Shown one piece after another: positions 31,070-40,441 of a stretch of DNA of 64,000 bases (positions are counted from its first letter, which is position 1; each line of letters opens with the position of its first letter). The position numbers and the translations under genes are program-made. Source of the DNA: Candidatus Latescibacterota bacterium (GTDB taxonomy: Bacteria > Latescibacterota > UBA2968); the NCBI GenBank assembly GCA_965208125.1, contig OZ242320.1, forward strand, positions 448,001 through 512,000, written 5' to 3'. A model generated the notes under the pieces. The model was not told the DNA's origin and did not search any database. It saw only the letters and a list, made by a program, of their open reading frames with translations.

Positions 31070-32275
31070 TTATGATAAAATCAGCCGGGCAACAGCCTCT
31101 TCATTAAGCTTAATACCCAAACCGGGTTTGTCACTCAGAGTAACATGCCCATTTTCAAGCAACAAAGGCTCTGTAAGAAGTCCATTACCAAAAGGACCGC
31201 GCGCAAAACCACTGGGACATTCAGAAATAAAGCAATTGGGAGTCGCTGCGCCGACATGCAGACCCGCCATGAGATGAATAGGCGTGCTGGTACTCACATG
31301 AGACGCCCATGACACGCCAAACACATCGGCTAATTGTGCGATACGCAGCGTCTCAGAAATACCCCCAGCCCGGCAAACATCGGGAAGAATGAGATCGCAT
31401 TCCTCGTTCAGCAACCGATCTCGCACAACATAGCGGTTGCAGTCTGTCTCCCCAACAGCGATTCGAACAGAAGTCGATTGGGTTAGCTGCCGATACCCCT
31501 GATGATCTTCGGGCACCAGAGCATCTTCGAACCATTCTACATTGCCGAGATCCTCGAGCAACCGGACAAAACGAAGAGCATCCTTAATATCGAACCCGCC
31601 GTGCGCATCAACGAGCAACTTGCCGCGGTCTCCCACAGCCCGGGACATCTCGCTGACAACGTGCATTTGCTCGTCTATCGTCCCTCGTCCACAGGACGTC
31701 TTCACCACAGAAAAACCTTCGTCCAGAACCCTTTCAATCCCCTCGCAACGAGATTCAATAGTCTGACCCGGCGTACCCGATGAATACACGGGAATTTGCA
31801 AACGGTAGGGACCGCCAAGCAACCGCCAGATCGGCTCATTGTAGTACTTCCCGCGTATATCCCAAAGCGCGATATCGATCCCCGCAATCGCCTCCAGCGT
31901 AAACCCCTGCGTATGGGAGCGCAGGCGCATCGTCGAAAACATGCGCTCCCACAAAACGTCGATTGAACGCGGATCCTCCCCGATAAGGACAGGACACAAC
32001 AAATCTTCTACAATAGTTTTGACAACGCGAGGCGCAGCCGGGGCGTGGGCTTCGCCAATGCCCTCAATACCGTTATCTGTACGCACGCGAATAAGCGCTG
32101 TCGATCGCCCCGAAGGATAGACACAGAGATGTCGCGTATCGGCTCTGCCGGGAAAGGTCTGTGTGGATTGGGGCGCGACTTGCGGAAATTTTAATCCTGC
32201 GGTATCTTCATATCGCGTCGCACCCTGTTGGTGAACGGTAGAGAGAATATCGCAGGTAATATCGGTAATTTTCAT
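31070..32275 (-). CDS. mandelate racemase/muconate lactonizing enzyme (enolase superfamily)
   Basis: TDNGIEGIGE, IDIALWDIRGK, metal ligands VDAH/WFED/GE, KPGLG. Confidence 0.92.
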   Translation of the reverse strand: MKITDITCDILSTVHQQGATRYEDTAGLKFPQVAPQSTQTFPGRADTRHLCVYPSGRSTALIRVRTDNGIEGIGEAHAPAAPRVVKTIVEDLLCPVLIGEDPRSIDVLWERMFSTMRLRSHTQGFTLEAIAGIDIALWDIRGKYYNEPIWRLLGGPYRLQIPVYSSGTPGQTIESRCEGIERVLDEGFSVVKTSCGRGTIDEQMHVVSEMSRAVGDRGKLLVDAHGGFDIKDALRFVRLLEDLGNVEWFEDALVPEDHQGYRQLTQSTSVRIAVGETDCNRYVVRDRLLNEECDLILPDVCRAGGISETLRIAQLADVFGVSWASHVSTSTPIHLMAGLHVGAATPNCFISECPSGFARGPFGNGLLTEPLLLENGHVTLSDKPGLGIKLNEEAVARLILS

Positions 32276-32378
32276 TTTTGCCTCTTAGGATGTTTTGTGA
32301 AGAAAAACGGACAGATATGAAAATAGAGTGAAAACTCACTATTGGCAAATTTCTGTCCACACTGTGAAAGAGGATTAG

Positions 32379-32723
32379 ATGAATGCTATTGAAGCCCATA
32401 TTGACCGAGCCACTATCCAGGCCATAACGCGACTGATTGTCGAACGCTTTGATCCGGAGCAGATCATTCTCTTCGGAAGCCATGCACGCGGAGAGGCTAA
32501 CGAGCACAGTGATCTGGACCTGCTGGTCGTGATGCATACAAATGTAGGACGACGCCAGCATGGCAATCCTATTCGTCGGGCAATTGCCGAGCATTTCGTG
32601 TTGCCCGTCGATGTAATTATTCGCTCTCCTGAGGTCTTAGCCGAACAGCGCAACAATCCATATTCCCTGATACACAAGGTGCTGGAAGAAGGAGAAGTGG
32701 TGTATGAACGACAAGTCGCCTGA
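32379..32723 (+). CDS. minimal nucleotidyltransferase (MNT/MntA-like antitoxin)
   Basis: IILFGSHARGEANEHSDLDLLVV (GSx10DxD), VDVII, EG.VVYE; 114 aa. Confidence 0.9.
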   Translation: MNAIEAHIDRATIQAITRLIVERFDPEQIILFGSHARGEANEHSDLDLLVVMHTNVGRRQHGNPIRRAIAEHFVLPVDVIIRSPEVLAEQRNNPYSLIHKVLEEGEVVYERQVA

Positions 32724-32757
32724 ACGGGATTGGTTTGAGAAGGCGGATCAAGATAAA
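32704..32757 (+). pseudogene. N-terminal stub of a HEPN-domain partner gene
   Basis: Overlaps the MNT 3' end as HEPN partners do; MNDKSPERDWFEKADQD resembles the W..KA..D first helix of HEPN proteins, then diverges. Confidence 0.5.
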
Positions 32758-32784
32758 AAATCTGAAGAAAAGGAGACCGCAAAC

Positions 32785-34137
32785 ATGAAACACTTATTAA
32801 ATGACGAAGCAATATTGCATTTCATAGCGCGGGGATATTGCGTAATCAAAACAAATGTCGCGCCGCATATCCACGCACAAATACTGACAGATGCAAAAAA
32901 AGCCATGGCAGAGGGAAACCCGGGCAATGACATATTGCACGCCGCACCGGGCTTGCGCGAAATTTTTGATGACGAAGCAATGGTCGGCGCGCTATCGAGC
33001 CTCCTCGGCGATTCTTATGTCATGCACTGCCACAGACATTGCCATCGCAATACCGCGGGTACAGAAGGCCGAAATTTTCACCAGGATGGTTCAACGCGTC
33101 GCTTCGCCGGCTGGAGCCGACCGTGGCGGCGTCACCATCGCCCCCGAACTGTAATGGCAATTTGTTATCCGCACCAGACGCCGATTGAAATGGGACCCAC
33201 TGGCGTGATTCCCGGAACGCAATATTACAGTGCGAAACCAAAAAATGAGTTCGATTACGAATTCCCATTTGCAGTTGTCGATCCCGGCGATGTATTGCTC
33301 GTACATTTTGATCTATGGCATCGCGTATCCAGCAACACAAGCGACCGCGATCGGTACATGATGAAATTTTTGTTCAAACGCACAGAAGAGCCAACAGCGC
33401 CGAATTGGCATGCCGCATCGGATTTTGATCCCGATTTCGACACCCTTGTCAACCGGATAAAACCCGACCATCCGTCCGACGTCTTATTGCGCTATCCTCT
33501 CGTATGGGAATTTATGTGGCGCTGGATGCGCGGTGAACCCCTACCCGAATGGGGTGATGACGCACCCGTCTCTGTTGATGACATGATGCACAACCTGAAC
33601 AGCGATGATCCAGGTGTCGTACTAAACGCGACATACTCCCTGGGACGATTGGGCAAACGTGCAGTACCCACATTGATGGACGTATTGCTGGGACCAGATG
33701 AAGCACTTCGAGAACAAGTACCCGCGGCACTATCAGCTGCAGGCAGGTACGCGGTAGATCCACTCGTCCGTGCATTGGCACATTCGGATGACTGGGTGCG
33801 CGCAACAGCTGCAGATACCCTGGGCGACATTGGCTTACCAGCCCTCGACGCGCTACCCGCTATTCGCAACGCACTCTCAGATCCCGACGACTGGGTACGC
33901 CACAATGCCACGCGCGCATTGACCATCTGGAGCAAAGCTGCTAAAATCACCCGCGATGACTTGCTCACAGCCCTAAAAGACGCCGAGCCTTTTGTCGGCT
34001 TCAACGCGCTAACAGCTCTGGAACACATGGACAGCGTTGACGATGCACAGGTACTGCCATTGTTAAAAACAATGCAAAACCATGAACACTCGCGACTGCG
34101 CTATCAAGTGAACGAAATGCTACAACGCGTAGCCTGA
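32785..34137 (+). CDS. PhyH-family dioxygenase fused to C-terminal HEAT/PBS-lyase repeats
   Basis: FHQD, GPTGVIPGT, HFDLWHR; repeats LAHSDDWVRATAADTLG, LSDPDDWVRHNA; AAGGAG RBS before ATG 32785. Confidence 0.88.
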   Translation: MKHLLNDEAILHFIARGYCVIKTNVAPHIHAQILTDAKKAMAEGNPGNDILHAAPGLREIFDDEAMVGALSSLLGDSYVMHCHRHCHRNTAGTEGRNFHQDGSTRRFAGWSRPWRRHHRPRTVMAICYPHQTPIEMGPTGVIPGTQYYSAKPKNEFDYEFPFAVVDPGDVLLVHFDLWHRVSSNTSDRDRYMMKFLFKRTEEPTAPNWHAASDFDPDFDTLVNRIKPDHPSDVLLRYPLVWEFMWRWMRGEPLPEWGDDAPVSVDDMMHNLNSDDPGVVLNATYSLGRLGKRAVPTLMDVLLGPDEALREQVPAALSAAGRYAVDPLVRALAHSDDWVRATAADTLGDIGLPALDALPAIRNALSDPDDWVRHNATRALTIWSKAAKITRDDLLTALKDAEPFVGFNALTALEHMDSVDDAQVLPLLKTMQNHEHSRLRYQVNEMLQRVA

Positions 34138-34164
34138 CCGAATGTTAAAAATATGTTACAAGTA

Positions 34165-34193
34165 TTGACTTTTGCGTCGAATACTTATAATGT
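34165..34193 (+). promoter_or_regulatory. putative sigma70 promoter
   Basis: TTGACT then TATAAT (15-nt spacer) or TAATGT (17-nt spacer). Confidence 0.5.
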
Positions 34194-34248
34194 TGCCCGT
34201 GCTTGAGTCGCATTTCCACAATTTAACACTCTGTGAGGAAGAACTACA

Positions 34249-34506
34249 ATGTCAGACAAAAAACGGGTTTACTTTCAAGTGGAAGCACCCAGAGCGGGTG
34301 ATGTTGTTGTATCGGGCGATTTTAACAACTGGGAACAACGGTCTCTGAAACCGAATAAAAAGGGACAATGGACAACCTGGACAACCCTAACACCTGGGCG
34401 GTATGAATATCGGTATCAGATCGACGGTGAATGGCGCAATGACCCCGCAGCACCTGTTGTGCCCAATGAATTTGGCTCGGAGAACAATGTTGTGGTCGTA
34501 GGTTAA
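34249..34506 (+). CDS. stand-alone CBM48/AMPK-beta-like glycogen-binding (isoamylase early set) protein
   Basis: V.VSGDFNNW, L.PGRYEYRYQIDGEWRNDP, NEFGSENNV. Confidence 0.9.
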   Translation: MSDKKRVYFQVEAPRAGDVVVSGDFNNWEQRSLKPNKKGQWTTWTTLTPGRYEYRYQIDGEWRNDPAAPVVPNEFGSENNVVVVG

Positions 34507-34528
34507 AACCCACTCAAAATTCCAACAC

Positions 34529-34565
34529 AAAATCGCCTGTCCGGGACAATGGACAGGCGATTTTT
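34529..34565 (+). terminator. intrinsic terminator
   Basis: aaaatcgcctgtcc-N8-ggacaggcgatttt. Confidence 0.8.
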
Positions 34566-34637
34566 GCGTTTTTTAGCACTTTCATATATTTTCTCGTATG
34601 CGTATTTTGCACGACCATCAAACATTGAGGAAGTATA

Positions 34638-35465
34638 ATGTCTTCCAAACGCGAACAGTTAATTCAAGACGGATTCTGCGTATTTAAAAATGTGCTCACT
34701 CCCGAGATGGTTGCGCGCACAAACGCAGTGTCCAATCGCCTGTTAGACGCGCAAGACGCCGAGTATTTTGAGGAACAAAAATCGACGGGCAGTTTGATCA
34801 GCATTTACAATGACGACTTTTTTGCCGAACTGGTCACCTGGACCAAGGCACTCAATGCTCTGAGAGAAATGGGCTTTGATCACCCCACCTTTTCATCAGG
34901 CTATATAATCAGCAAACCCCCGCATAGCCCACCCCTGTTCTGGCATCAGGACTGGTGGGGATGGAATGATCCCATTAGCTACGAGCCCCTGCCACAGCAG
35001 GTATTTTTGATGTATTATCTCGTAGATACCTCGCGTGAAAACGGGTGTTTGAGATTAATCAAAGGCTCACATTTGAAACGACATCCCCTGCACGACATAA
35101 CCCCCGAAGCACATACCGAAGATCTGCGACGCGTATCCGACCCAGACCATCCGGCCTATCAGTCGTATCCCGACGAGCGCGATGTTCCCGTGCGTGCTGG
35201 CGATCTGGTCATTGGCGATTCGCGGCTATTGCACAGCGCACACGCCAACAAAACGGACCAGCGGCGGACAGTCATCACACTGTGGTACCACCCGATATAC
35301 AACGAACTACCCGACGGCATGCGCGCCCGTCTGGCGAACCGGCACCCCATACCAGATCACTGGTCTGAAGACGCGGCGCAAAAAATTGCGCCCTTAATGC
35401 CCATTTACAAAGGCGAATGCGAAGAACTCGAATGGAATCGCATTCCTGGACCTGCACTGGTGTAA
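34638..35465 (+). CDS. phytanoyl-CoA dioxygenase family protein
   Basis: FWHQD, ENGCLRLIKGSH, DSRLLHSAHAN...RR. Confidence 0.9.
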   Translation: MSSKREQLIQDGFCVFKNVLTPEMVARTNAVSNRLLDAQDAEYFEEQKSTGSLISIYNDDFFAELVTWTKALNALREMGFDHPTFSSGYIISKPPHSPPLFWHQDWWGWNDPISYEPLPQQVFLMYYLVDTSRENGCLRLIKGSHLKRHPLHDITPEAHTEDLRRVSDPDHPAYQSYPDERDVPVRAGDLVIGDSRLLHSAHANKTDQRRTVITLWYHPIYNELPDGMRARLANRHPIPDHWSEDAAQKIAPLMPIYKGECEELEWNRIPGPALV

Positions 35466-35635
35466 TGGGTTACATCTATATTTGTGATAATTTGGAAGGG
35501 GTAGTTAGTAACCAATGGTGCAGTAGGCAATCTCAATAATTATGCAAATAATTGAGGGGTGTACATAATTCCTACTGTTGTGGTCCAGCGGAGTATATAG
35601 CTTTTTTGCCTATATTGCTCTTTTGCCTTCGGCGA

Positions 35636-35684
35636 CTTCATTTTTTTGCGCGCCCAAAAAAATGAAGCAAAAAAAGGGCGCCCC
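35636..35684 (+). repeat. hairpin/pseudoknot-forming intergenic element
   Basis: 13-bp stem CTTCATTTTTTTG/CAAAAAAATGAAG; loop GCGCCC is complementary to downstream GGGCGC. Confidence 0.55.
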
Positions 35685-35906
35685 TGCGGGGGGCTTGCAC
35701 AGCGCAAACTGCTCAGGTGGATAAATGCCCTGTGGTGGCCTTCAAAGTTGGATGCAAACAAGAAGGACGGCAGTTAACGGAAAAGCGCGCTGTGCATAAT
35801 GGCTTTGATTAATAGTGGTTTATGGGAGATGTTTTGTAATGCCTTATCTGAAGCACTGCGTAACATCAATCAGATATATAAAAAATGTATAGATGTGGAG
35901 ATTTGT

Positions 35907-36644
35907 ATGAGTGATGGAACCCGGCTGGAAGATGTGAAGCGGTTTTATGAGATTCTTGGAAAGTTGGAGCGTAGGGTAGGAGAACGTAGAATTCTCGCGG
36001 AATGTTCGCGTAGTTCGGGTTGGCCCACTCGGGGAGTATATTTCTTTATGGAGAATGGCGAAGATCGATCTGAGAGTGGCGATGGTTTGAGAATTGTGAG
36101 AGTTGGGACACATTCCGTTAAAACGGGAGGTTCTAAGACATCATTGTGGAATAGGTTGAGCCAGCACAAAGGGTCAACCTCCGGATTAGGCAACCACCGT
36201 GGATCAATATTTCGTGCTCTTGTAGGGCGTGCTTTAATAAACAAAGATAGTATAAAGTGCGAAACGTGGGAGAGCAAGACGACGCCTTCTCCACGAGGTG
36301 TTGAACAGTGTGTAGAGATACGTGTGAGCGAAACGATTGGCCGGATGCCTTTCTTGTGGTGAGAGGTAGATGATAATGATAAGTCGAAAGGGGCAAATTT
36401 ACGAAACTACATTGAGAGCAATGCAATTGCTTTACTCAGCAATTTCTGTACAAATAAGTTGAAAATTGATGCTCCATCGTCTGGATGGCTTGGTTATCAC
36501 TGCACGGATACAAAAGGTAATTTGAATCAAAAGGTTAGAGAATCGGGGCTTTGGAATCAGAAGCTCGTTGATTCTGATAGATACTACCCGGGGTTTCTAG
36601 ATAAGTTAGAGGAGCTTGTGGAACAGATGGAGGCAGTACGATGA
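35907..36644 (+). pseudogene. GIY-YIG-like putative nuclease interrupted by one in-frame TGA (36360-36362)
   Basis: RGVYFF...RVGT...LWNRLSQH; the same frame continues after TGA (EVDDNDKSKGANLRNYIESNAIALLSN...) into ORF 36459-36644, which overlaps the next start. Confidence 0.65.
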
Positions 36645-37363
36645 AGGTGATGAAGGTTGTGATTTCATGTGCGGGGTCTAAGGCGGACAATGCTGGCTAC
36701 ATGAAGACTAAGGATGAAAAATGTGTGAACTTTGTGGGGAATCCCGCCAAGGTGATGTCACGGGAGCCAGGATTTTGCTACGCTCGGCCGGATGGTGAGG
36801 CGGGAGATAGCAAAACTTGGCGGGATAAGCTGATTGCATATAATGAGTCTTGTGTGGAAGCAAATCCTCTTGGACTACTTCCGGCTTACAAACTTTACAC
36901 GCCTAACAAGCCATACAAAGATATATATACTCAACTGGTAGAGGTATTTGGTATAGATAATGTGTACATCCTCTCGGCGGGTTGGGGATTGATACAGGCA
37001 TCCTTTCTGACACCGGAGTACGATATTACTTTCAATGGATCTGCCGATGCTTATAAGCAACGAAATTACAAACAGGACTGCTACAATGACTTCAACCATC
37101 TGGAAAGTGCTATTGATGAGGATTTGTTGTTTTTGGGCGGACAGGGTTACCTGCCATTGTTCTGTGATCGGACTCGGCATTACCAGGGACGGCGAGTCAG
37201 TTACTACAATTCAGCAAAAAAGCCGAAGTGTGATGATGTTAAGTTGGTTCATTACGAACCAACGGGGAATCCACGTACATGGGTCTATGAGTGCGCGACG
37301 AAAGTTATAGAGTGTTACAAGTCTGATCCCTATGGGTTTGATCCGCGAAAGATAAAAGGATAA
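36641..37363 (+). CDS. DUF6884/YaaA-like hypothetical protein
   Basis: VVISCAGSK, LLPAYKLY, YILSAGWGLI, YDITF, FLGGQGY; ATGA overlap. Confidence 0.6.
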   Translation: MKVMKVVISCAGSKADNAGYMKTKDEKCVNFVGNPAKVMSREPGFCYARPDGEAGDSKTWRDKLIAYNESCVEANPLGLLPAYKLYTPNKPYKDIYTQLVEVFGIDNVYILSAGWGLIQASFLTPEYDITFNGSADAYKQRNYKQDCYNDFNHLESAIDEDLLFLGGQGYLPLFCDRTRHYQGRRVSYYNSAKKPKCDDVKLVHYEPTGNPRTWVYECATKVIECYKSDPYGFDPRKIKG

Positions 37364-37375
37364 ATTGCGTTCTAT

Positions 37376-37630
37376 ATGACCAAACCAAAACTATATGAAG
37401 AAGTGGCACTGACCCGCAACATACCGGCAGAAAACTTAAAACAAGGTGATGTTGCTGTCGTAGTCGAGTACGTGCCACATCCTGCAGGTGGAGAAGAAGG
37501 TGCAATTTTAGAGATCTTTAATGCCATTGGCGAATCTGTAGCCGTGGTCACAGTGCCCATCTCCGCGATTAAATCGCTACGTGCTGATCAAGTGTTGATG
37601 GTACGGGAGGTGGCTCCTGCAAGATCGTAA
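37376..37630 (+). CDS. DUF4926-family small protein
   Basis: LYEEVALTRNIP..NLKQGDVAVVVE...EEG.ILEIFNAIGESVAVVTVP. Confidence 0.75.
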   Translation: MTKPKLYEEVALTRNIPAENLKQGDVAVVVEYVPHPAGGEEGAILEIFNAIGESVAVVTVPISAIKSLRADQVLMVREVAPARS

Positions 37631-37651
37631 AAACCACAAAGTGAAAACAAT

Positions 37652-38704
37652 ATGAAAATCGCCGCTCTCATATCCGGTGGTGTCGATAGTTCCGTGGCTT
37701 TGAACATATTAAAAAATGAAAGCCACGACGTGACGGCATTTTACTTAAAAGTATGGCTCGAAGACGAACTCGCTTTCTTAGGGGAATGTCCCTGGGAAAC
37801 CGACCTGAAATTTGTCCGGGCCGTATGCGATCAACTCGATGTCCCGCTACAAGTGATCTCCCTACAATCTGAATACCTCGAACGCGTCGTATCTTATGCA
37901 CTCGACGAATTGCGCGATGGACGCACACCCAGTCCAGATATATTTTGCAATCAGCGAATCAAATTCGGCGCATTCTTTGACCACATAGACAGCAGCTATG
38001 AAAAAGTGGCAACCGGGCATTACGCACAACTCGCACAGAGCAACGGAACTTATCATCTAAAACGCGCACCCGACCCCATCAAAGATCAGACCTACTTCTT
38101 ATCCGGCATGTATCAATCGCAGGTCGCGCAGGCATTATTTCCCATTGGAAACATGATGAAAAGCGAAGTGCGCCAACTCGCGCGAGATTTTGACCTGCCA
38201 AATCAAGCGCGAAAAGACAGCCAGGGAATATGTTTCCTGGGCAAAATCAGATATCCAGACTTTATCGCATTTCATTTGGGCGAAAAAAAAGGCGATATTA
38301 TCGACAGAGAAACCGGACAAATCCTGGGACCCCATCGGGGATACTATTATTACACAATTGGCCAGCGGCATGGCCTGGGATTGGGCGGAGGCCCCTGGTA
38401 CGTCGTACAAAAAGATATCGAGCGCAACATCATCTATGTATCTCACGCCACGAAGCACAAGAACACATCGCGGAACCAATTTATCGCTACAAATCCCAAT
38501 TGGATAGCAGAACCACCTGGCAAAACCGCCCTGCAATTGAAACTGCGCCACGGCCCAGAATTGATCAACTGTGAAATCGAAGCAATGAATAACAACCAAT
38601 TATCCGTAACCATAGCAGAAAAAGATTCCGGCATAGCACCCGGACAATTCGCCGTATTTTACGACGGCGACCTCTGCCTCGGTAGCGCGGTAATTGACCA
38701 CTAA
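37652..38704 (+). CDS. mnmA: tRNA-specific 2-thiouridylase
   Basis: SGGVDSS, TPSPDIFCN..IKF, ATGHYA, KDQTYFL, DSQGICF, YTIGQR, APGQ. Confidence 0.96.
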   Translation: MKIAALISGGVDSSVALNILKNESHDVTAFYLKVWLEDELAFLGECPWETDLKFVRAVCDQLDVPLQVISLQSEYLERVVSYALDELRDGRTPSPDIFCNQRIKFGAFFDHIDSSYEKVATGHYAQLAQSNGTYHLKRAPDPIKDQTYFLSGMYQSQVAQALFPIGNMMKSEVRQLARDFDLPNQARKDSQGICFLGKIRYPDFIAFHLGEKKGDIIDRETGQILGPHRGYYYYTIGQRHGLGLGGGPWYVVQKDIERNIIYVSHATKHKNTSRNQFIATNPNWIAEPPGKTALQLKLRHGPELINCEIEAMNNNQLSVTIAEKDSGIAPGQFAVFYDGDLCLGSAVIDH

Positions 38705-38719
38705 AAAAGAGAGAGCACA

Positions 38720-39469
38720 ATGAGCATTGAACAAGCGCGTGCCGCCGTTGAATCCGGCGATGTACATACCCTGAAAAGACTGATAGCAGAAGATCCGCAA
38801 CTGGCCAATAAAACCACAGCGGACAATCCCCGCACACTTTTACATACACTCTGCGATTATCCCGCGCACAGACCCAGATGCCGCGAATCCGCAGAAATTT
38901 TGATACGCTCAGACGCAGATGTCAATGCGCGGGCAAAATTCGAAGGAAAAACCGACCCCGGCGAAACACCTCTGCATTGGGCGGCCAGCAGCGACGATGC
39001 GGAAATGATAGAAGTGCTGCTCGACAGTGGTGCGGAAATCGACATCGATGGCGGGGTCATTGCAAACGGCACACCGCTCTGGGAAGCCGTAATATTCGGC
39101 ATGCAAAATGCAGCGGCAAAACTGATCCAGCGCGGGGCGACCTGCAACCTGATGATCGCTGCTGGCGTGGGGCGACTCGATCTCGTTGAGAAATTTTTCG
39201 ATAAGGAAGGCAATATAACGGATCGGGCGGGCGATCTGCCCGGATGGTCGGAACCCCGACCTGCGCGAGCTTGTATCGACAGTGCCTTCGGAATGGCATG
39301 CCGCAATGGGCACCTCGAAACCGCCAGATGGTTGCTGGGCAAAAAACCGGAGATCAACCGCAAAAATCCCGTTGGCGAAACGCCTCTGGATCAAGCCATG
39401 GACAGAAAACACATCGAAGTTGCGAACTGGTTGATGACAATTGGCGCGAAACGATCCGCGAACTTATAA
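38720..39469 (+). CDS. ankyrin repeat protein
   Basis: GETPLHWAA, GTPLWEA, ACRNGH, GETPLDQA. Confidence 0.9.
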   Translation: MSIEQARAAVESGDVHTLKRLIAEDPQLANKTTADNPRTLLHTLCDYPAHRPRCRESAEILIRSDADVNARAKFEGKTDPGETPLHWAASSDDAEMIEVLLDSGAEIDIDGGVIANGTPLWEAVIFGMQNAAAKLIQRGATCNLMIAAGVGRLDLVEKFFDKEGNITDRAGDLPGWSEPRPARACIDSAFGMACRNGHLETARWLLGKKPEINRKNPVGETPLDQAMDRKHIEVANWLMTIGAKRSANL

Positions 39470-39496
39470 TGCCACCGCATTAAAGGGAAACTCAAC

Positions 39497-40441
39497 ATGA
39501 ACAAAGTAGGACTGGTTCAGCATCCCGATTTTCAAAAACACGACACCGGAGGCGCACATCCCGAGCGCCCCGAGCGCTTACAAACGCTACATGCCCATCT
39601 GGATGCAACGGGACTGACAAAAGATCTCATAACACTAGAACCCGGACACGTCGATACATCCTGGTTGGAAAAAGCACACACGCCCGAGCACATTGCAAAC
39701 GTAAAAGCACGATGTACACAGGGCATCACGTACATGGACGATTTTGACACCAGAATCTGTCCACTATCTTTTGACATAGCCCGCCTCGCTGTTGGCGCGA
39801 CATTTGAAGCGATTGACGCAGTTATGGACGCGCGTGTACACACGGCTTTTTGTGCCGTACGTCCCCCCGGGCACCACGCCGAACGCAATCACGCAATGGG
39901 ATTTTGTCTATTTAGCAACGCGGTCATAGCCGCGCGATATATACAAGAAACATATTCCCTAAGACGCGTGGCAATTGTAGATTGGGACGTGCATCACGGC
40001 AATGGCACACAGCACATATTGGAAACCGATCCCTCGGTATTCTTCTTTAGCATCCACCAATACCCCCATTATCCCGGCACGGGACGGGCCGACGAAACCG
40101 GCATTGGCGCAGGAGAAGGATTCACACTAAATGCACCCGTGCCCGCAGGCAGCGATGACGCAATGTATTTGCGCATATTCGACGACGTATTTTTGCCCGC
40201 CATGCACGCATTTAAACCACAATTTGTCATTATCTCCGCTGGATTTGACGCGCATCGGTCCGACCCCTTATCGGCCACTCAAGTAACGGAATCCGGTTTT
40301 GCCGAAATGACAAAGCGCGTGATAGCTATCGCACAAGATCACGCAGAAGGACGGCTGATTTCCCTCCTGGAAGGTGGATATGATCTGGGCGGCCTCTCGC
40401 GCAGCGTAGAATCCCACATAAAGGAACTAATGAATGGGTAA
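39497..40441 (+). CDS. histone deacetylase family (class II-like) amidohydrolase
   Basis: HPERPERL, RPPGHHA, DWDVHHGNGT, SAGFDAH, LEGGY. Confidence 0.95.
   Translation: MNKVGLVQHPDFQKHDTGGAHPERPERLQTLHAHLDATGLTKDLITLEPGHVDTSWLEKAHTPEHIANVKARCTQGITYMDDFDTRICPLSFDIARLAVGATFEAIDAVMDARVHTAFCAVRPPGHHAERNHAMGFCLFSNAVIAARYIQETYSLRRVAIVDWDVHHGNGTQHILETDPSVFFFSIHQYPHYPGTGRADETGIGAGEGFTLNAPVPAGSDDAMYLRIFDDVFLPAMHAFKPQFVIISAGFDAHRSDPLSATQVTESGFAEMTKRVIAIAQDHAEGRLISLLEGGYDLGGLSRSVESHIKELMNG

Noticed and set aside
36360-36362. Selenocysteine or recoded TGA
   Set aside because: No redox-motif context and no obvious SECIS hairpin downstream; TGA is a normal stop for many other genes here. A nonsense mutation or sequencing error is simpler.
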